Assembly (NCBI GenBank): GCA_050633245.1
Contig: JBOEGD010000036.1
Coordinates: forward strand, 50,050 to 77,118
Direction of reading: 5' to 3'
Origin: Calditrichia bacterium
GTDB lineage: Bacteria; Calditrichota; Calditrichia; RBG-13-44-9; J075
Length of the DNA: 27,069 bases
Position numbers and translations under genes: made by a program. This document shows, one piece after another, positions 8,184 through 17,400 of this stretch. The notes under the pieces were generated by a model. It was given only the letters and a program-made list of their open reading frames with translations, did not search any database and was not told the origin of the DNA. Each line of letters begins with the position of its first letter. Position 1 is the stretch's first letter.

Positions 8184-9830
8184 ATGAGCGTATCAGGCTA
8201 TCGCTTTTTTTATGAGATAAACCGAGGTTCGATTACCACTGCTTGGCTTGGCGAGCGGTTATCGGATAAACGGTTGACTCTCGTTAAGCAATTCAATAGT
8301 CAATGGGCGAATCAGTCTGACCTGCTGGAGCGCTTTCGACGAGAAGCGACTATTTCCTTACCGCTTAAACATCCGAATATTGTTGAAGTTCTCGACGTTG
8401 TCGAAGAAGGTGGGGGACTGGCTATTGTTCTCGATTATATTGATGGTGTTAATTTGGCCTGCCTTTTGGGAAATGAATCCGAATTTTCTTTTGAAGAAAT
8501 TGCCTATGTATGCTTTAGTTTATTGTCTGGTCTTGATTATGCACACCAAAATGATATAATTCATCGCGATATCAAGCCTGATAACGTTATGGTGTCTCGC
8601 AATGGCGTTGTTATGCTTACAGATTTTGGTCTGGCGAAAACGTCTGCAATGCCTGCAATTAGCGTGCAAGGAGAAGTTGTTGGAACACCGGCCTACATGT
8701 CTCCGGAACAGGCACGGGCCGGCGCACTAAATCAATGCAGCGACCTGTTTAGTTTGGGTACAACCATCTATGAAATGGCAAGCGGTGATTCTCCTTTTTC
8801 CGGCGATAATATTGTCGAGTCAATAGAAAAACTGGTTTCTTCTAAGCCTCCGCTTTTGCATACATTGCGACAAGATATTCCCCGATGGTTTAGTGAGGTT
8901 GTTGGAGAGATGATGCAGAAGCAGCCGGATGAGCGACCCGATTCTGCCTCTGTAATACTGAGCCACCCCGAGTGGAAACACAGTTCTTTGGCGCAAGAGA
9001 AACTTGCGGGAAAGGTGGTGCCTCTTATTCCTGTGGTAAAACTGCCGACCGGCGATCCGCAGAAGACTTTCATCCCATCTTTCGGTATATCGCATTTCTT
9101 TGCAGTCATTATGTTTGTGCTGTTGATCGCTGCCTGGAAGGCAACAAGCCATGCGGGCGACTCAAATAATGTGCCGACAGGCGTCGCCAGCGTAGCCGGA
9201 GACTCTCTTTTTGTGAAATCCGAATTGGAGGTACCTCTTGAAGTTGTGCAAGCAGATCAGCAGCTAGTTTCAGATATTGCCGGGCCGAAGAAAATAAACC
9301 CTGAATCTGTCTTGGGGAAGCAACCAGAGTTGGACAATATGGTCATTGCTGCAAAGCCAGACCCAATCACCTCAGCTGCGCTGGACACAATGGATGCCAT
9401 TCTTCAACCCTCAGGCGTTTTTGTCGTTTGTCGCCCATGGGGAGATATTTATGTGAACGGAAAGAAGGCCGAGACTACGCCTCTTTTTTCACCAATATCA
9501 CTTTTGGCAGGCTCATATCTTATTGAGGTTCGTAATCCACAGTATCAAACATTTGAAAAACAGATCAAACTAACCTCTGGTCGTATTGATACCATGGAAA
9601 TCGTTCTGCAGGCAGCGAAAGGCTTTCTCGACATTCAGGTAGTTCCCTGGGCGCAAATTTACGTTAATGGGGAGTATAAAGAAACATCTCCGCTCCAGAA
9701 ACCACTTGCACTTACGGTGGGGAAGCATTCCGTTCGCCTGTTGAATCCGGCATATCCCAGCTGGGAAGGAACAATCGAAATTTTCGCAAATGAAACTACA
9801 CAAAAAAAAGTGACTCTTACTCGTGATTAA
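8184..9830 (+). CDS. Membrane-anchored Hanks-type Ser/Thr protein kinase with two extracytoplasmic PEGA domains
   Basis: RFRREA, HPNIV, HRDIKPDN, DFG, GTPAYMSPEQ, SDLFSLG; single TM (FFAVIMFVLLIAAW); two PEGA repeats (PWGDIYVNG..TTPL, PWAQIYVNG..TSPL). ATG 8184 preferred over TTG 8124. Confidence 0.93.
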   Translation: MSVSGYRFFYEINRGSITTAWLGERLSDKRLTLVKQFNSQWANQSDLLERFRREATISLPLKHPNIVEVLDVVEEGGGLAIVLDYIDGVNLACLLGNESEFSFEEIAYVCFSLLSGLDYAHQNDIIHRDIKPDNVMVSRNGVVMLTDFGLAKTSAMPAISVQGEVVGTPAYMSPEQARAGALNQCSDLFSLGTTIYEMASGDSPFSGDNIVESIEKLVSSKPPLLHTLRQDIPRWFSEVVGEMMQKQPDERPDSASVILSHPEWKHSSLAQEKLAGKVVPLIPVVKLPTGDPQKTFIPSFGISHFFAVIMFVLLIAAWKATSHAGDSNNVPTGVASVAGDSLFVKSELEVPLEVVQADQQLVSDIAGPKKINPESVLGKQPELDNMVIAAKPDPITSAALDTMDAILQPSGVFVVCRPWGDIYVNGKKAETTPLFSPISLLAGSYLIEVRNPQYQTFEKQIKLTSGRIDTMEIVLQAAKGFLDIQVVPWAQIYVNGEYKETSPLQKPLALTVGKHSVRLLNPAYPSWEGTIEIFANETTQKKVTLTRD

Positions 9831-10647
9831 TACGCCCGCTTATAAGAGGTCGGTTACCTGGTGGCTTGCGCTTCTCTTTACTCTGTTACTATTGACAACT
9901 TCTTCCAACATTGCAAGCGATACGGACTCGACCCTCACTCGGGTTGAGCTTCATTACAATGCCCTGGATTTTAACAAGGTGCTTATTCTCGGTGATTCGC
10001 TAATAAACAGTGGCGTCGTTTTGCAGCAGATGCAAGGTGTGTTTCTTCATCGAACGCTTGCTTTGGCAGCATATAATCTTGGTAAGTTTGATTTGGCCAA
10101 AGGTCACTTCCTGAGTGTTCTATCATTGCAACCAACTTTTCGACCAGACCCCGGTGAGGTCTCACCGAAAATCATACGTTTTTTTGAAGAGATGCAGCCA
10201 TTGCCGGCAAATACCGAGCTAGATGAGATGCCTTCAGCCGGTGTTACCTATATTCGGTATGTGCCGGCAATCGATTTGCGTCCGGCCGCTGCAGCCCGCT
10301 CGATTTTTGTGCCGGGATGGGGGCAGGCCTATAAAGGCCAAAAGCTGCGTGCCTGGATGTTAGGCAGTGCGTTTTGGCTTAGTCTTGCCGGCACTGCCAT
10401 ATCCTTTGCTGCAGAAAATGCTGCTGAAGGAGATTATGTAAGCGCAAACATACCGGCCGAAATTTCTAAAGAATATGATCGCTACAACCGTTGGTATCAG
10501 ACCCGGAGGGGGTTTAGTTATCTTGTTGCGGGGCTTTGGCTGGCAAATGTTATTGATGCGAACTGGAGTCCGTACATCCATCCCAATGCGACCGTTTCCG
10601 AAGATGGAAAAATAAGTGCTACATTGTCTCTACAAATAGCATTCTAA
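9823..10647 (+). CDS. Exported TPR-like + DUF5683-like envelope protein
   Basis: Signal peptide; TPR-like helices (LALAAYNLGKFDLAKGHFLSVLSLQP...VSPKI); RSIFVPGWGQAYKGQ motif; two hydrophobic segments; C-terminal beta-strand ending in Phe (ATLSLQIAF). Overlaps the kinase stop. Confidence 0.72.
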   Translation: MINTPAYKRSVTWWLALLFTLLLLTTSSNIASDTDSTLTRVELHYNALDFNKVLILGDSLINSGVVLQQMQGVFLHRTLALAAYNLGKFDLAKGHFLSVLSLQPTFRPDPGEVSPKIIRFFEEMQPLPANTELDEMPSAGVTYIRYVPAIDLRPAAAARSIFVPGWGQAYKGQKLRAWMLGSAFWLSLAGTAISFAAENAAEGDYVSANIPAEISKEYDRYNRWYQTRRGFSYLVAGLWLANVIDANWSPYIHPNATVSEDGKISATLSLQIAF

Positions 10648-10671
10648 AGGAGAAAACCACCGGGAGAGTTT

Positions 10672-11757
10672 ATGAAAACACTAAACCTGTATGTTGCTAC
10701 ACAAAAGGGCATTTTTATACTGACAACCAATGAGGACCGTAAAGAGTGGAATATAGAAGGTCCGATTCTTAAGGGATGGCAAGTCTTTCACGTTGCTGCA
10801 GATGAACGAGGAGCCCGCAAAACACTCTACTCGGCAGTTGGGAACTATGTCTATGGCGCCACTATTATGCGTTCGACTAATATGGGACGTGACTGGAAGC
10901 AGATTGAAAACGGACCCGCCTACGCTGAGGATAGCGAATCGACGCTCAAGGATATTTGGTATATCACGCCGGGACATCTGTCAGAACCTGAGACGCTGTT
11001 TGCCGGTGTATCGGAGGCCGGAATTTTTGTTAGCCGCGACGGTGGTGACAGCTGGACTGAAATGAAAGGCTTGTCTGAACATGCCACAAGAGGGGAGTGG
11101 GTTGGTGGACTCGGCGGTTTGTGCTGTCATACCATTCAGATTGATCCGGGTAATCCCGGGCGAATGTGGGTTGCCATTTCTGCCGTCGGCGTGTTTCGCA
11201 GTGAAGATGGCGGAGAAACCTGGCAGGTAAAAAATGAAGGCCTGGAGATTGTCATTCCAGGCAAAGAGCATAAGCAAATAGGAAGCTGTGTTCATAAGCT
11301 GGTAATGGATCGCAAAAAACCGGATCGGCTATTTCAGCAAAACCATCGCGGTGTATTTCGCAGCCTGGATGCCGGTGACAGTTGGCAGCGCATTGAAGCC
11401 GGATTGCCGGGAACCTTCGGCTTTCCGATGGTGATGCATCCCCAGAACAGCGACTGGCTTTATACCGTTCCTCAGGAAAGCGATGAATTCCGCTTTGCGA
11501 AAGATGGAAAACTAACGGTTTATCGCAGTAAAGATGCCGGTACAAGCTGGCAGCCAATGCGTAAGGGCTTACCGAACAATAGTTTTGTCGGTGTATTGCG
11601 TGGCGCCATGGCAACGGATTCTATTGCTGAGCAGGCCGGAATCTATTTCGGTACAACCGGCGGCCAGATCTTCTACAGTCGTGATGATGGAGACAACTGG
11701 GAATTGCTGCCATTCCTGCTGCCGCGAATTAGTAGTCTTGCTACGGTGATTGAGTAG
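10672..11757 (+). CDS. Cytoplasmic BNR/Asp-box repeat beta-propeller (sialidase-like/WD40-YVTN fold)
   Basis: Asp-boxes STNMGRDW, SRDGGDSW, SEDGGETW, SLDAGDSW, SKDAGTSW, SRDDGDNW; no signal peptide; GGAG RBS upstream. Confidence 0.88.
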   Translation: MKTLNLYVATQKGIFILTTNEDRKEWNIEGPILKGWQVFHVAADERGARKTLYSAVGNYVYGATIMRSTNMGRDWKQIENGPAYAEDSESTLKDIWYITPGHLSEPETLFAGVSEAGIFVSRDGGDSWTEMKGLSEHATRGEWVGGLGGLCCHTIQIDPGNPGRMWVAISAVGVFRSEDGGETWQVKNEGLEIVIPGKEHKQIGSCVHKLVMDRKKPDRLFQQNHRGVFRSLDAGDSWQRIEAGLPGTFGFPMVMHPQNSDWLYTVPQESDEFRFAKDGKLTVYRSKDAGTSWQPMRKGLPNNSFVGVLRGAMATDSIAEQAGIYFGTTGGQIFYSRDDGDNWELLPFLLPRISSLATVIE

Positions 11758-11758
11758 A

Positions 11759-12034
11759 ATGAAGATCTCGGTAAAAATTCCGGCGTTGCTGGTGCACTGC
11801 ACAAACAAGCGAACAGTTGTTGAGATAGATGCGAACACACTTTCAGGTGCGCTGGATACGCTTCTGATAGACTATCCCCTGCTAAAGCCACATCTTTTCA
11901 ATGACAAAGGCATTCAACGCGAGCACGTTTTGATCTTTCTTAACGAGGAGAATATCGATTGGCTGGACGACCCCGATATCGCATTAAAGTCTGGAGACCG
12001 GATGACAATTCTACAGGCGGTTTCAGGAGGCTAG
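11759..12034 (+). CDS. MoaD/ThiS-family ubiquitin-like small protein
   Basis: Beta-grasp pattern MKISVKIPALL...HVLIFLNEENI...LKSGDRMTILQAVSGG with C-terminal GG. ATG lies 1 nt after the BNR gene stop. Confidence 0.9.
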   Translation: MKISVKIPALLVHCTNKRTVVEIDANTLSGALDTLLIDYPLLKPHLFNDKGIQREHVLIFLNEENIDWLDDPDIALKSGDRMTILQAVSGG

Positions 12035-14070
12035 CACGTGTTGCCATTCTCCTCATACTTTTCAGTGGGTGTGTACATGACCACCCTGAATCAAAAGATA
12101 AAGGCTATTTAAGCCGGGATACCTATCCGAACCTATTAGACTTTAGTTTTATTCCGGGGAATGTAGACGACTTTGGGCAGAAGGTCTTTTATGACGAGGG
12201 GGCCTGGCAGGGATATTCCTTGCCACATCAGGATAGTTCTCAATATTGGGGGAGTTTTATAGGGCCTTACCTGCATGACAAAAAAGAATGGTTGGCTAAT
12301 TCGATTCTGGATGTCCAGATATTTGAAGAACTGAAATCTGATTCCATGCCGGAATCTTTTCGGACTGATAGAATCGATTTCAGTAAGTCGGACACGGTGC
12401 ATATTTATTCGATACCGGGACGGTTGCGCCAGGAACTATATGTCGACAGTTTGCACCTTGAATTTGATCTTGTCTACTCATACACTACAAACCGTACTGC
12501 TGCAGTATTTGTAAAAGTAACTAATTTGACTCCGCGAAAGCGTTTTCTTACCATCCTTGCCGCTGGTAGAATCTTTGAGGCCAATTATAAAATCACGAAA
12601 AAAGATTCCACCGGTATTCTGGTTAATACCTTGTCAGGTAAGCCTGTCTTTGCTCTGCAGTGGGCATCCGGAGTTAATAAAAAATTGAATATAAAAGTAG
12701 ATAATTATAGTTACTCAATCAAGAATCGTGCAGTGTTTATCGTCGGCAAATTTAAAAAAATGGAAGCAGCCTTTCAGTTAACACACTATCCTGACACGCT
12801 TGATCCCGACTCACTTCTCAACAACACCAATATAGAGTTACTTGCTTCAAATAACCACATTCGTAACTATCTGAAGAATCTTCAGCTTTCAGCCGATACA
12901 AATGACATTCAGCTGAATCGAGTTGCAGTGAAAGCGTTACAAACTCTTATGATGAACCATCGTGAGGGGTATGGTGATCTCGCCGGCTACTCAGGTACGC
13001 TGCCCTCGGCATCTATCGGCTACTTCAACGGATTCTGGGCCTGGGATTCCTGGAAGCATGTTGTTGCCCTGGCTGATATTGATTTGCCGATGGCTCGAAC
13101 GCAGCTGATTGACATGATGAGCTTTCAAAACGAACGCGGCATGATCGCCGATTGTGTATTCCCGGATAAAAGTGAAGATAATTGGCGCGACTCCAAACCA
13201 CCCCTGGCTGCATGGGCAGCAGTACGTGTGTTTGACGAAGATACGACGGGGCTTGCAAAGCTATTTCCGAAATTATTGAAATATCATCGCTGGTGGTATG
13301 CCGAGCGCGACCATGACGAGAATGGGCTTTGCGAATATGGTTCAATTGATGGAACACTGGAAGCAGCACGTTGGGAAAGCGGAATGGACGATGCGGTTAG
13401 ATTTGATGACTCTAAAATGCTGCAAAATGGTCCTCAGGCATGGTCAATAAATCAGGAATCTGTCGATTTGAATTCCTATCTGTATTTCGAAAAAAAAGCT
13501 CTTGCCAGACTAGCAAAGGTATTAGGCGAGCAGACGCTGTCCGATTCTTTAATGGCCGATGTAGCAATGCTGAAAGAACGAATCAACACTCGTTTCTTTG
13601 ATTCTGAAAGCGGTTATTTCTATGATGTGATCGTCGGATCAGATGAATTTGTTAAGGTAAAGGGGCCTGAGGGATGGATCCCCCTTTGGGCAGGAGCGGC
13701 AAGTATGAAAAACGCTGAGCGTGTTCACAAGGTACTTACCGATACGTCGACCTTTGCAACATATATTCCGTTTCCAACCGTAGCGAAGGATGAGGTTGGA
13801 TTCATGTCCGGCTATTGGCGTGGCCCGGTTTGGCTGGATCAGGCGTATTTTGCAGTTGCCGGACTGGCAAAATATGGCTATTCCGATGATGCTCAAATGT
13901 TTGCGAGGCAGCTTTTATTGAGGCCAGAAGGGATCTCAGACGAGCGCGTTTCAATTCGCGAGAACTATCACCCGCTGACCGGTGAAGGGTTGAAAGTGCA
14001 CAATTTTAGCTGGTCGGCTGCTCATCTTCTGTTACTTCGGAAAGGGTTAGTGCTTGGCGAATGGAGGTAG
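11959..14070 (+). CDS. GH63-like (MGH1/YgjK-type) alpha-glycosidase, lipoprotein
   Basis: YFNGFWAWDSWKH, SKPPL, WESGMDDAVRFD, SVDLNSY, YWRGPVW, ENYHPLTGEG...FSWSAA; lipobox FSG-C. TTG start with GAGGAG 8 nt upstream. Confidence 0.87.
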   Translation: MAGRPRYRIKVWRPDDNSTGGFRRLARVAILLILFSGCVHDHPESKDKGYLSRDTYPNLLDFSFIPGNVDDFGQKVFYDEGAWQGYSLPHQDSSQYWGSFIGPYLHDKKEWLANSILDVQIFEELKSDSMPESFRTDRIDFSKSDTVHIYSIPGRLRQELYVDSLHLEFDLVYSYTTNRTAAVFVKVTNLTPRKRFLTILAAGRIFEANYKITKKDSTGILVNTLSGKPVFALQWASGVNKKLNIKVDNYSYSIKNRAVFIVGKFKKMEAAFQLTHYPDTLDPDSLLNNTNIELLASNNHIRNYLKNLQLSADTNDIQLNRVAVKALQTLMMNHREGYGDLAGYSGTLPSASIGYFNGFWAWDSWKHVVALADIDLPMARTQLIDMMSFQNERGMIADCVFPDKSEDNWRDSKPPLAAWAAVRVFDEDTTGLAKLFPKLLKYHRWWYAERDHDENGLCEYGSIDGTLEAARWESGMDDAVRFDDSKMLQNGPQAWSINQESVDLNSYLYFEKKALARLAKVLGEQTLSDSLMADVAMLKERINTRFFDSESGYFYDVIVGSDEFVKVKGPEGWIPLWAGAASMKNAERVHKVLTDTSTFATYIPFPTVAKDEVGFMSGYWRGPVWLDQAYFAVAGLAKYGYSDDAQMFARQLLLRPEGISDERVSIRENYHPLTGEGLKVHNFSWSAAHLLLLRKGLVLGEWR

Positions 14071-14181
14071 AAGCTTACCGATATTTATTATTCTATTTTA
14101 AATTTCGTGAGAGAAATTGGGTCGAACAAAGGTCTTATCCTATAGATTTCAACAACTGGAATACACACCAGAGGAAAAGAC

Positions 14182-14625
14182 ATGCCTGAGAATGCCCCTG
14201 AATGCCAATGGTTTTTTGCCGACGTCGTGTTGGAAATAACCGTTGAAGATGCTGAGAAAAACGTTGTTCATATTAATACTCACCTTGTGCGTGCGCAAAC
14301 TGCAGAGCAAGCCTTTAAAAAAGCTAAATCGCTTGGAATGCAGCAGGAAGACCGCTACCTCAATAGTAGTGGTAAAAATGTTGAGGTGCGTTTTAGAGGG
14401 TTAAGCGAGCTGCTACCAATTTATGAAGATCTGACTGATGGTGCAGAGATTTGGTTTAAAGAGAAGATTGGATTGTCGGAAGAGGACGTGCGTGCCATGG
14501 TGATGCGTAAGCAAGATCTGTCGCTGTTTCGCAAGCGAGAGAAACTCGATATACCCGATTATGTTCCGGCTCAGGTGTGGGAAAAACTTGAGAACCTTGG
14601 CTACCCGCAAAAAGATAAGCACTAG
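14182..14625 (+). CDS. DUF4288-like protein
   Basis: WFFAD...LVRAQTAEQAFKKA...YLNSSGKNVEVRFRGL...LTDGAEI matches my recollection of DUF4288; GAGG RBS. Confidence 0.72.
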   Translation: MPENAPECQWFFADVVLEITVEDAEKNVVHINTHLVRAQTAEQAFKKAKSLGMQQEDRYLNSSGKNVEVRFRGLSELLPIYEDLTDGAEIWFKEKIGLSEEDVRAMVMRKQDLSLFRKREKLDIPDYVPAQVWEKLENLGYPQKDKH

Positions 14626-16202
14626 ACAAATGTGCCAAGCCACCAGAGACAGACCATCATAAAAACGAAGTAACCAGTCAACACGGAATACTGCACGACG
14701 CGTTCTTTTTCTGCCGTCACTACGTCCGACCAGCTAAGCGTATAGCGTGAATCTGCATCCTGATCCATCGGACTGATTAGCGTCATTAGCATGGTAACGG
14801 CAAAAGCTACGGCACATCCGATAAAATTCCACCACATCCAATAAACTTCACCAAAGAAAAGCCATAGCACAATATTTATGGCAACTCCGCTAATAATACC
14901 GGCAAAAATTCCTTTTGAACTGGTTCGTTTACTGAGGATTCCAATAAGAAATGCTGCAACAATGGGCCCGTAAAATGCCGAGCCGATCTTGTTGACAACC
15001 TCAATTAAGGTGTCCTTAAAAAAAGGCACGAAGAAGGCGAAAGCTGTTATAAAAATGCCCCAGGCGACGGTAGTGATTTTGCTGACATAAAGTGTGCGAT
15101 CTCCCAGAGTATTATCGCGGTCGATAAAATCACGCATAGTAGCAGCAGACAGAGAATTCAGGGTCGAGTCGATGCTGGACATTGCAGCAGCAAGAATAGC
15201 GGCAAATAATAGTGCACGAATGCCTTCGGGGAGATGGAGAAGAATATATTGCGGAATCAGATAATCTGGTTTGTCTAATGGAACGGCAGCCTGCAGATCG
15301 GGCGCCTGAATATAAACCGCATAAACGGCAACGCCGAGAAACATATAGGCCAGCGTCAGCGGAAAGCGGACAAGTCCGTTGAAGAGTAATGATTTGCGGG
15401 TGCCTTCAGCTGACTCAGAAGAGAGTTCGCGCTGAACCTGGCTCTGATCCGTTCCATAATATGAAATATATAGAAAAAATCCGCCGATGAATACGCCCCA
15501 AAACGGTGCCTTGGAACCATCACCAAACCCGGATGAAAAGTCCAGTGCATTCCATCGTTCTGAAGGCAGTGCAGATAACACACCGTCGATGCTGCCGACC
15601 TCGGCAATAGCAATCCCCATGCAAAGCGCAATACCGCCAAGCAGTAAAACCAGCTGAATGACATCTGAATACACAACTGCTGCCATGCCACCAATGGTAT
15701 CATAAATAACCGTTACAGTGCCGATAATCAGAATGGTTATCCAAAGCTCTACTTCCAGGCAAACGGAAAGCACGATAGCCGTTGCGTAGATAACTGCTCC
15801 CGCTGCAAGGCCGCGACTGAAGAGAAATACGCCGCTAATAAGATAACGTATCGATTTATCGAAACGCAGTTCCAGATATTCGTAGACGCTGACGAGTTCA
15901 AGCTTACGAAAGAACGGCACCAGCACCGCAATAATCACAATCATCGCTAAAGGAACTGCCAGCTCGAACTGGAGCCAGGTCATACCGCCGCCGGGCTTTA
16001 ATGCAACAAATGCCGGTTTAGAAATAAAGCTGATCGCCGAAGACTGTGTTGCCATCGTTGAAATACCAATTGCCCACCAGGGAAGGCTTCTTCCACCAAC
16101 ATAATAGTCGTCTGCCGAGCTTTGACCGCGTCCAAGATAAACGCTAAGCCCGATCATCCCGAGCAAATAGGTGCCCAGGATACTCCAGTCCAGAAAAGTC
16201 AT
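14622..16202 (-). CDS. Sodium:solute symporter (SSS family)
   Basis: DYYVGGRSLPWWAIGISTMATQSSAISF, SVYEYLELRF, YDTIGGMAAVVYSDVIQ, DQSQVQR, AAAMSSIDSTLNS; about 13-14 TM helices. Confidence 0.95.
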   Translation of the reverse strand: MTFLDWSILGTYLLGMIGLSVYLGRGQSSADDYYVGGRSLPWWAIGISTMATQSSAISFISKPAFVALKPGGGMTWLQFELAVPLAMIVIIAVLVPFFRKLELVSVYEYLELRFDKSIRYLISGVFLFSRGLAAGAVIYATAIVLSVCLEVELWITILIIGTVTVIYDTIGGMAAVVYSDVIQLVLLLGGIALCMGIAIAEVGSIDGVLSALPSERWNALDFSSGFGDGSKAPFWGVFIGGFFLYISYYGTDQSQVQRELSSESAEGTRKSLLFNGLVRFPLTLAYMFLGVAVYAVYIQAPDLQAAVPLDKPDYLIPQYILLHLPEGIRALLFAAILAAAMSSIDSTLNSLSAATMRDFIDRDNTLGDRTLYVSKITTVAWGIFITAFAFFVPFFKDTLIEVVNKIGSAFYGPIVAAFLIGILSKRTSSKGIFAGIISGVAINIVLWLFFGEVYWMWWNFIGCAVAFAVTMLMTLISPMDQDADSRYTLSWSDVVTAEKERVVQYSVLTGYFVFMMVCLWWLGTFV

Positions 16203-16239
16203 AACAAATCACCACGCAATTACTACAGGTTAAATCGCA

Positions 16240-17400
16240 TTATTCCGGGAAGCGAGAAGAATCTATACCGGGAATTACCTTCAGTGCATTTTTATAGTAG
16301 AGCTTTTTCAAGACATCATCCGGCAAGTCCATGCCGTAGAGGCGCCAGAACGCATGTCGTTTACGATAGTAGGGGAAATACTCATCCGCTGTTTCCAGAG
16401 TGCGGAAGTAATAAAAAAACTCTTTTGGTCGAAACAGATCCTTACCAAACATGACACGATCCTGATACTTGATAAACCATTGCTTGGCAAAACGCGGTTG
16501 TCTTCCGAGCTCTGCCAGGACGGCACCGATTTCGGTATACACATTTGGAAATTCATCGAGTTGTTTACCTAACCCGGCAAGATCATTACCCATCCATCCC
16601 AGATGTGCGTTAATAAACGTCGTCTTGGGATGCTTGCGAAAGACATTCTGTTGTTCGCCCATAACTTGTTCGAATGGGGGAACCAATTTCGGATTACGAT
16701 AACGCTCGGGCTTTTGCTTCAATTCCAGCCAGCGTTCATTGTATTTGTTCTTCGGCTTCCAAAAATTGGCCGGCTCTCCGGAGTGGATGAGTACAGGTAT
16801 GCCCAGTTCACCGCAGCGCTGCCAGATTGGATCAATTCGCGGATCATCGACTGCAATTCGATTGCCTTTGGAATCAACATCCGTCAGACCGAGGCTCTTA
16901 TAAATCTTTAGCCCCTTGGCACCATTAGCAACGTCTTCTTCCAGCTCGCGAAGCGTTCGCTCCTGCCAATCCGGCTTATCGATCCCGGTAATGGCGATGT
17001 TGGTGAAAACAATAACCCGACCGGGGATCGCTTTCTCTGCTGCTTTAATCGAATTCTTTAAAAAACCGCGATCGCGAAAAACATATCTTGGCTTACCGTC
17101 CGGGCCCATCTTGCGTACGAATCCGCGTCCACTCAAGTTGACCATGACGGCCATATTTAAGCTGTCCATTTGACGGGCAAGTTGCTGCAAGTCTTGCTCA
17201 GGCATATTCCATTGATGGCTATGCACATCGATGAAGGGAAAGCGGGCGCTCTGAACCGGGTTCTCGGGAACAACCAATGTAGAAATGGGTTCGTAGTCTT
17301 CAAAGGACATGGTATCGGTAATTGCAGCTTCCGGCTGTTGGGTAAAAGCGAATGAAAATAGAAATGCAAAACATAAGGCGGCTTTGATACTTCGCAGCAT
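16240..17400 (-). CDS. Exported amidohydrolase (Amidohydro_2-type TIM barrel)
   Basis: Signal peptide; IDVHSH metal motif, GLKIY, VLIHSGEP, NAHLG, MFGKD, KLYYKNA. Confidence 0.88.
   Translation of the reverse strand: MLRSIKAALCFAFLFSFAFTQQPEAAITDTMSFEDYEPISTLVVPENPVQSARFPFIDVHSHQWNMPEQDLQQLARQMDSLNMAVMVNLSGRGFVRKMGPDGKPRYVFRDRGFLKNSIKAAEKAIPGRVIVFTNIAITGIDKPDWQERTLRELEEDVANGAKGLKIYKSLGLTDVDSKGNRIAVDDPRIDPIWQRCGELGIPVLIHSGEPANFWKPKNKYNERWLELKQKPERYRNPKLVPPFEQVMGEQQNVFRKHPKTTFINAHLGWMGNDLAGLGKQLDEFPNVYTEIGAVLAELGRQPRFAKQWFIKYQDRVMFGKDLFRPKEFFYYFRTLETADEYFPYYRKRHAFWRLYGMDLPDDVLKKLYYKNALKVIPGIDSSRFPE

Noticed and set aside
10672-11757. Calling the BNR protein a sialidase or xyloglucanase
   Set aside because: Asp-boxes indicate the fold only; I see no signal peptide or sialidase RIP motif, and its genomic partner is a Ubl.
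12019-12045. Twin-arginine-like GFRRLA in the glycosidase signal peptide
   Set aside because: It does not fit S/T-R-R-x-F-L-K, and the codons are constrained by the overlapping MoaD C-terminus.
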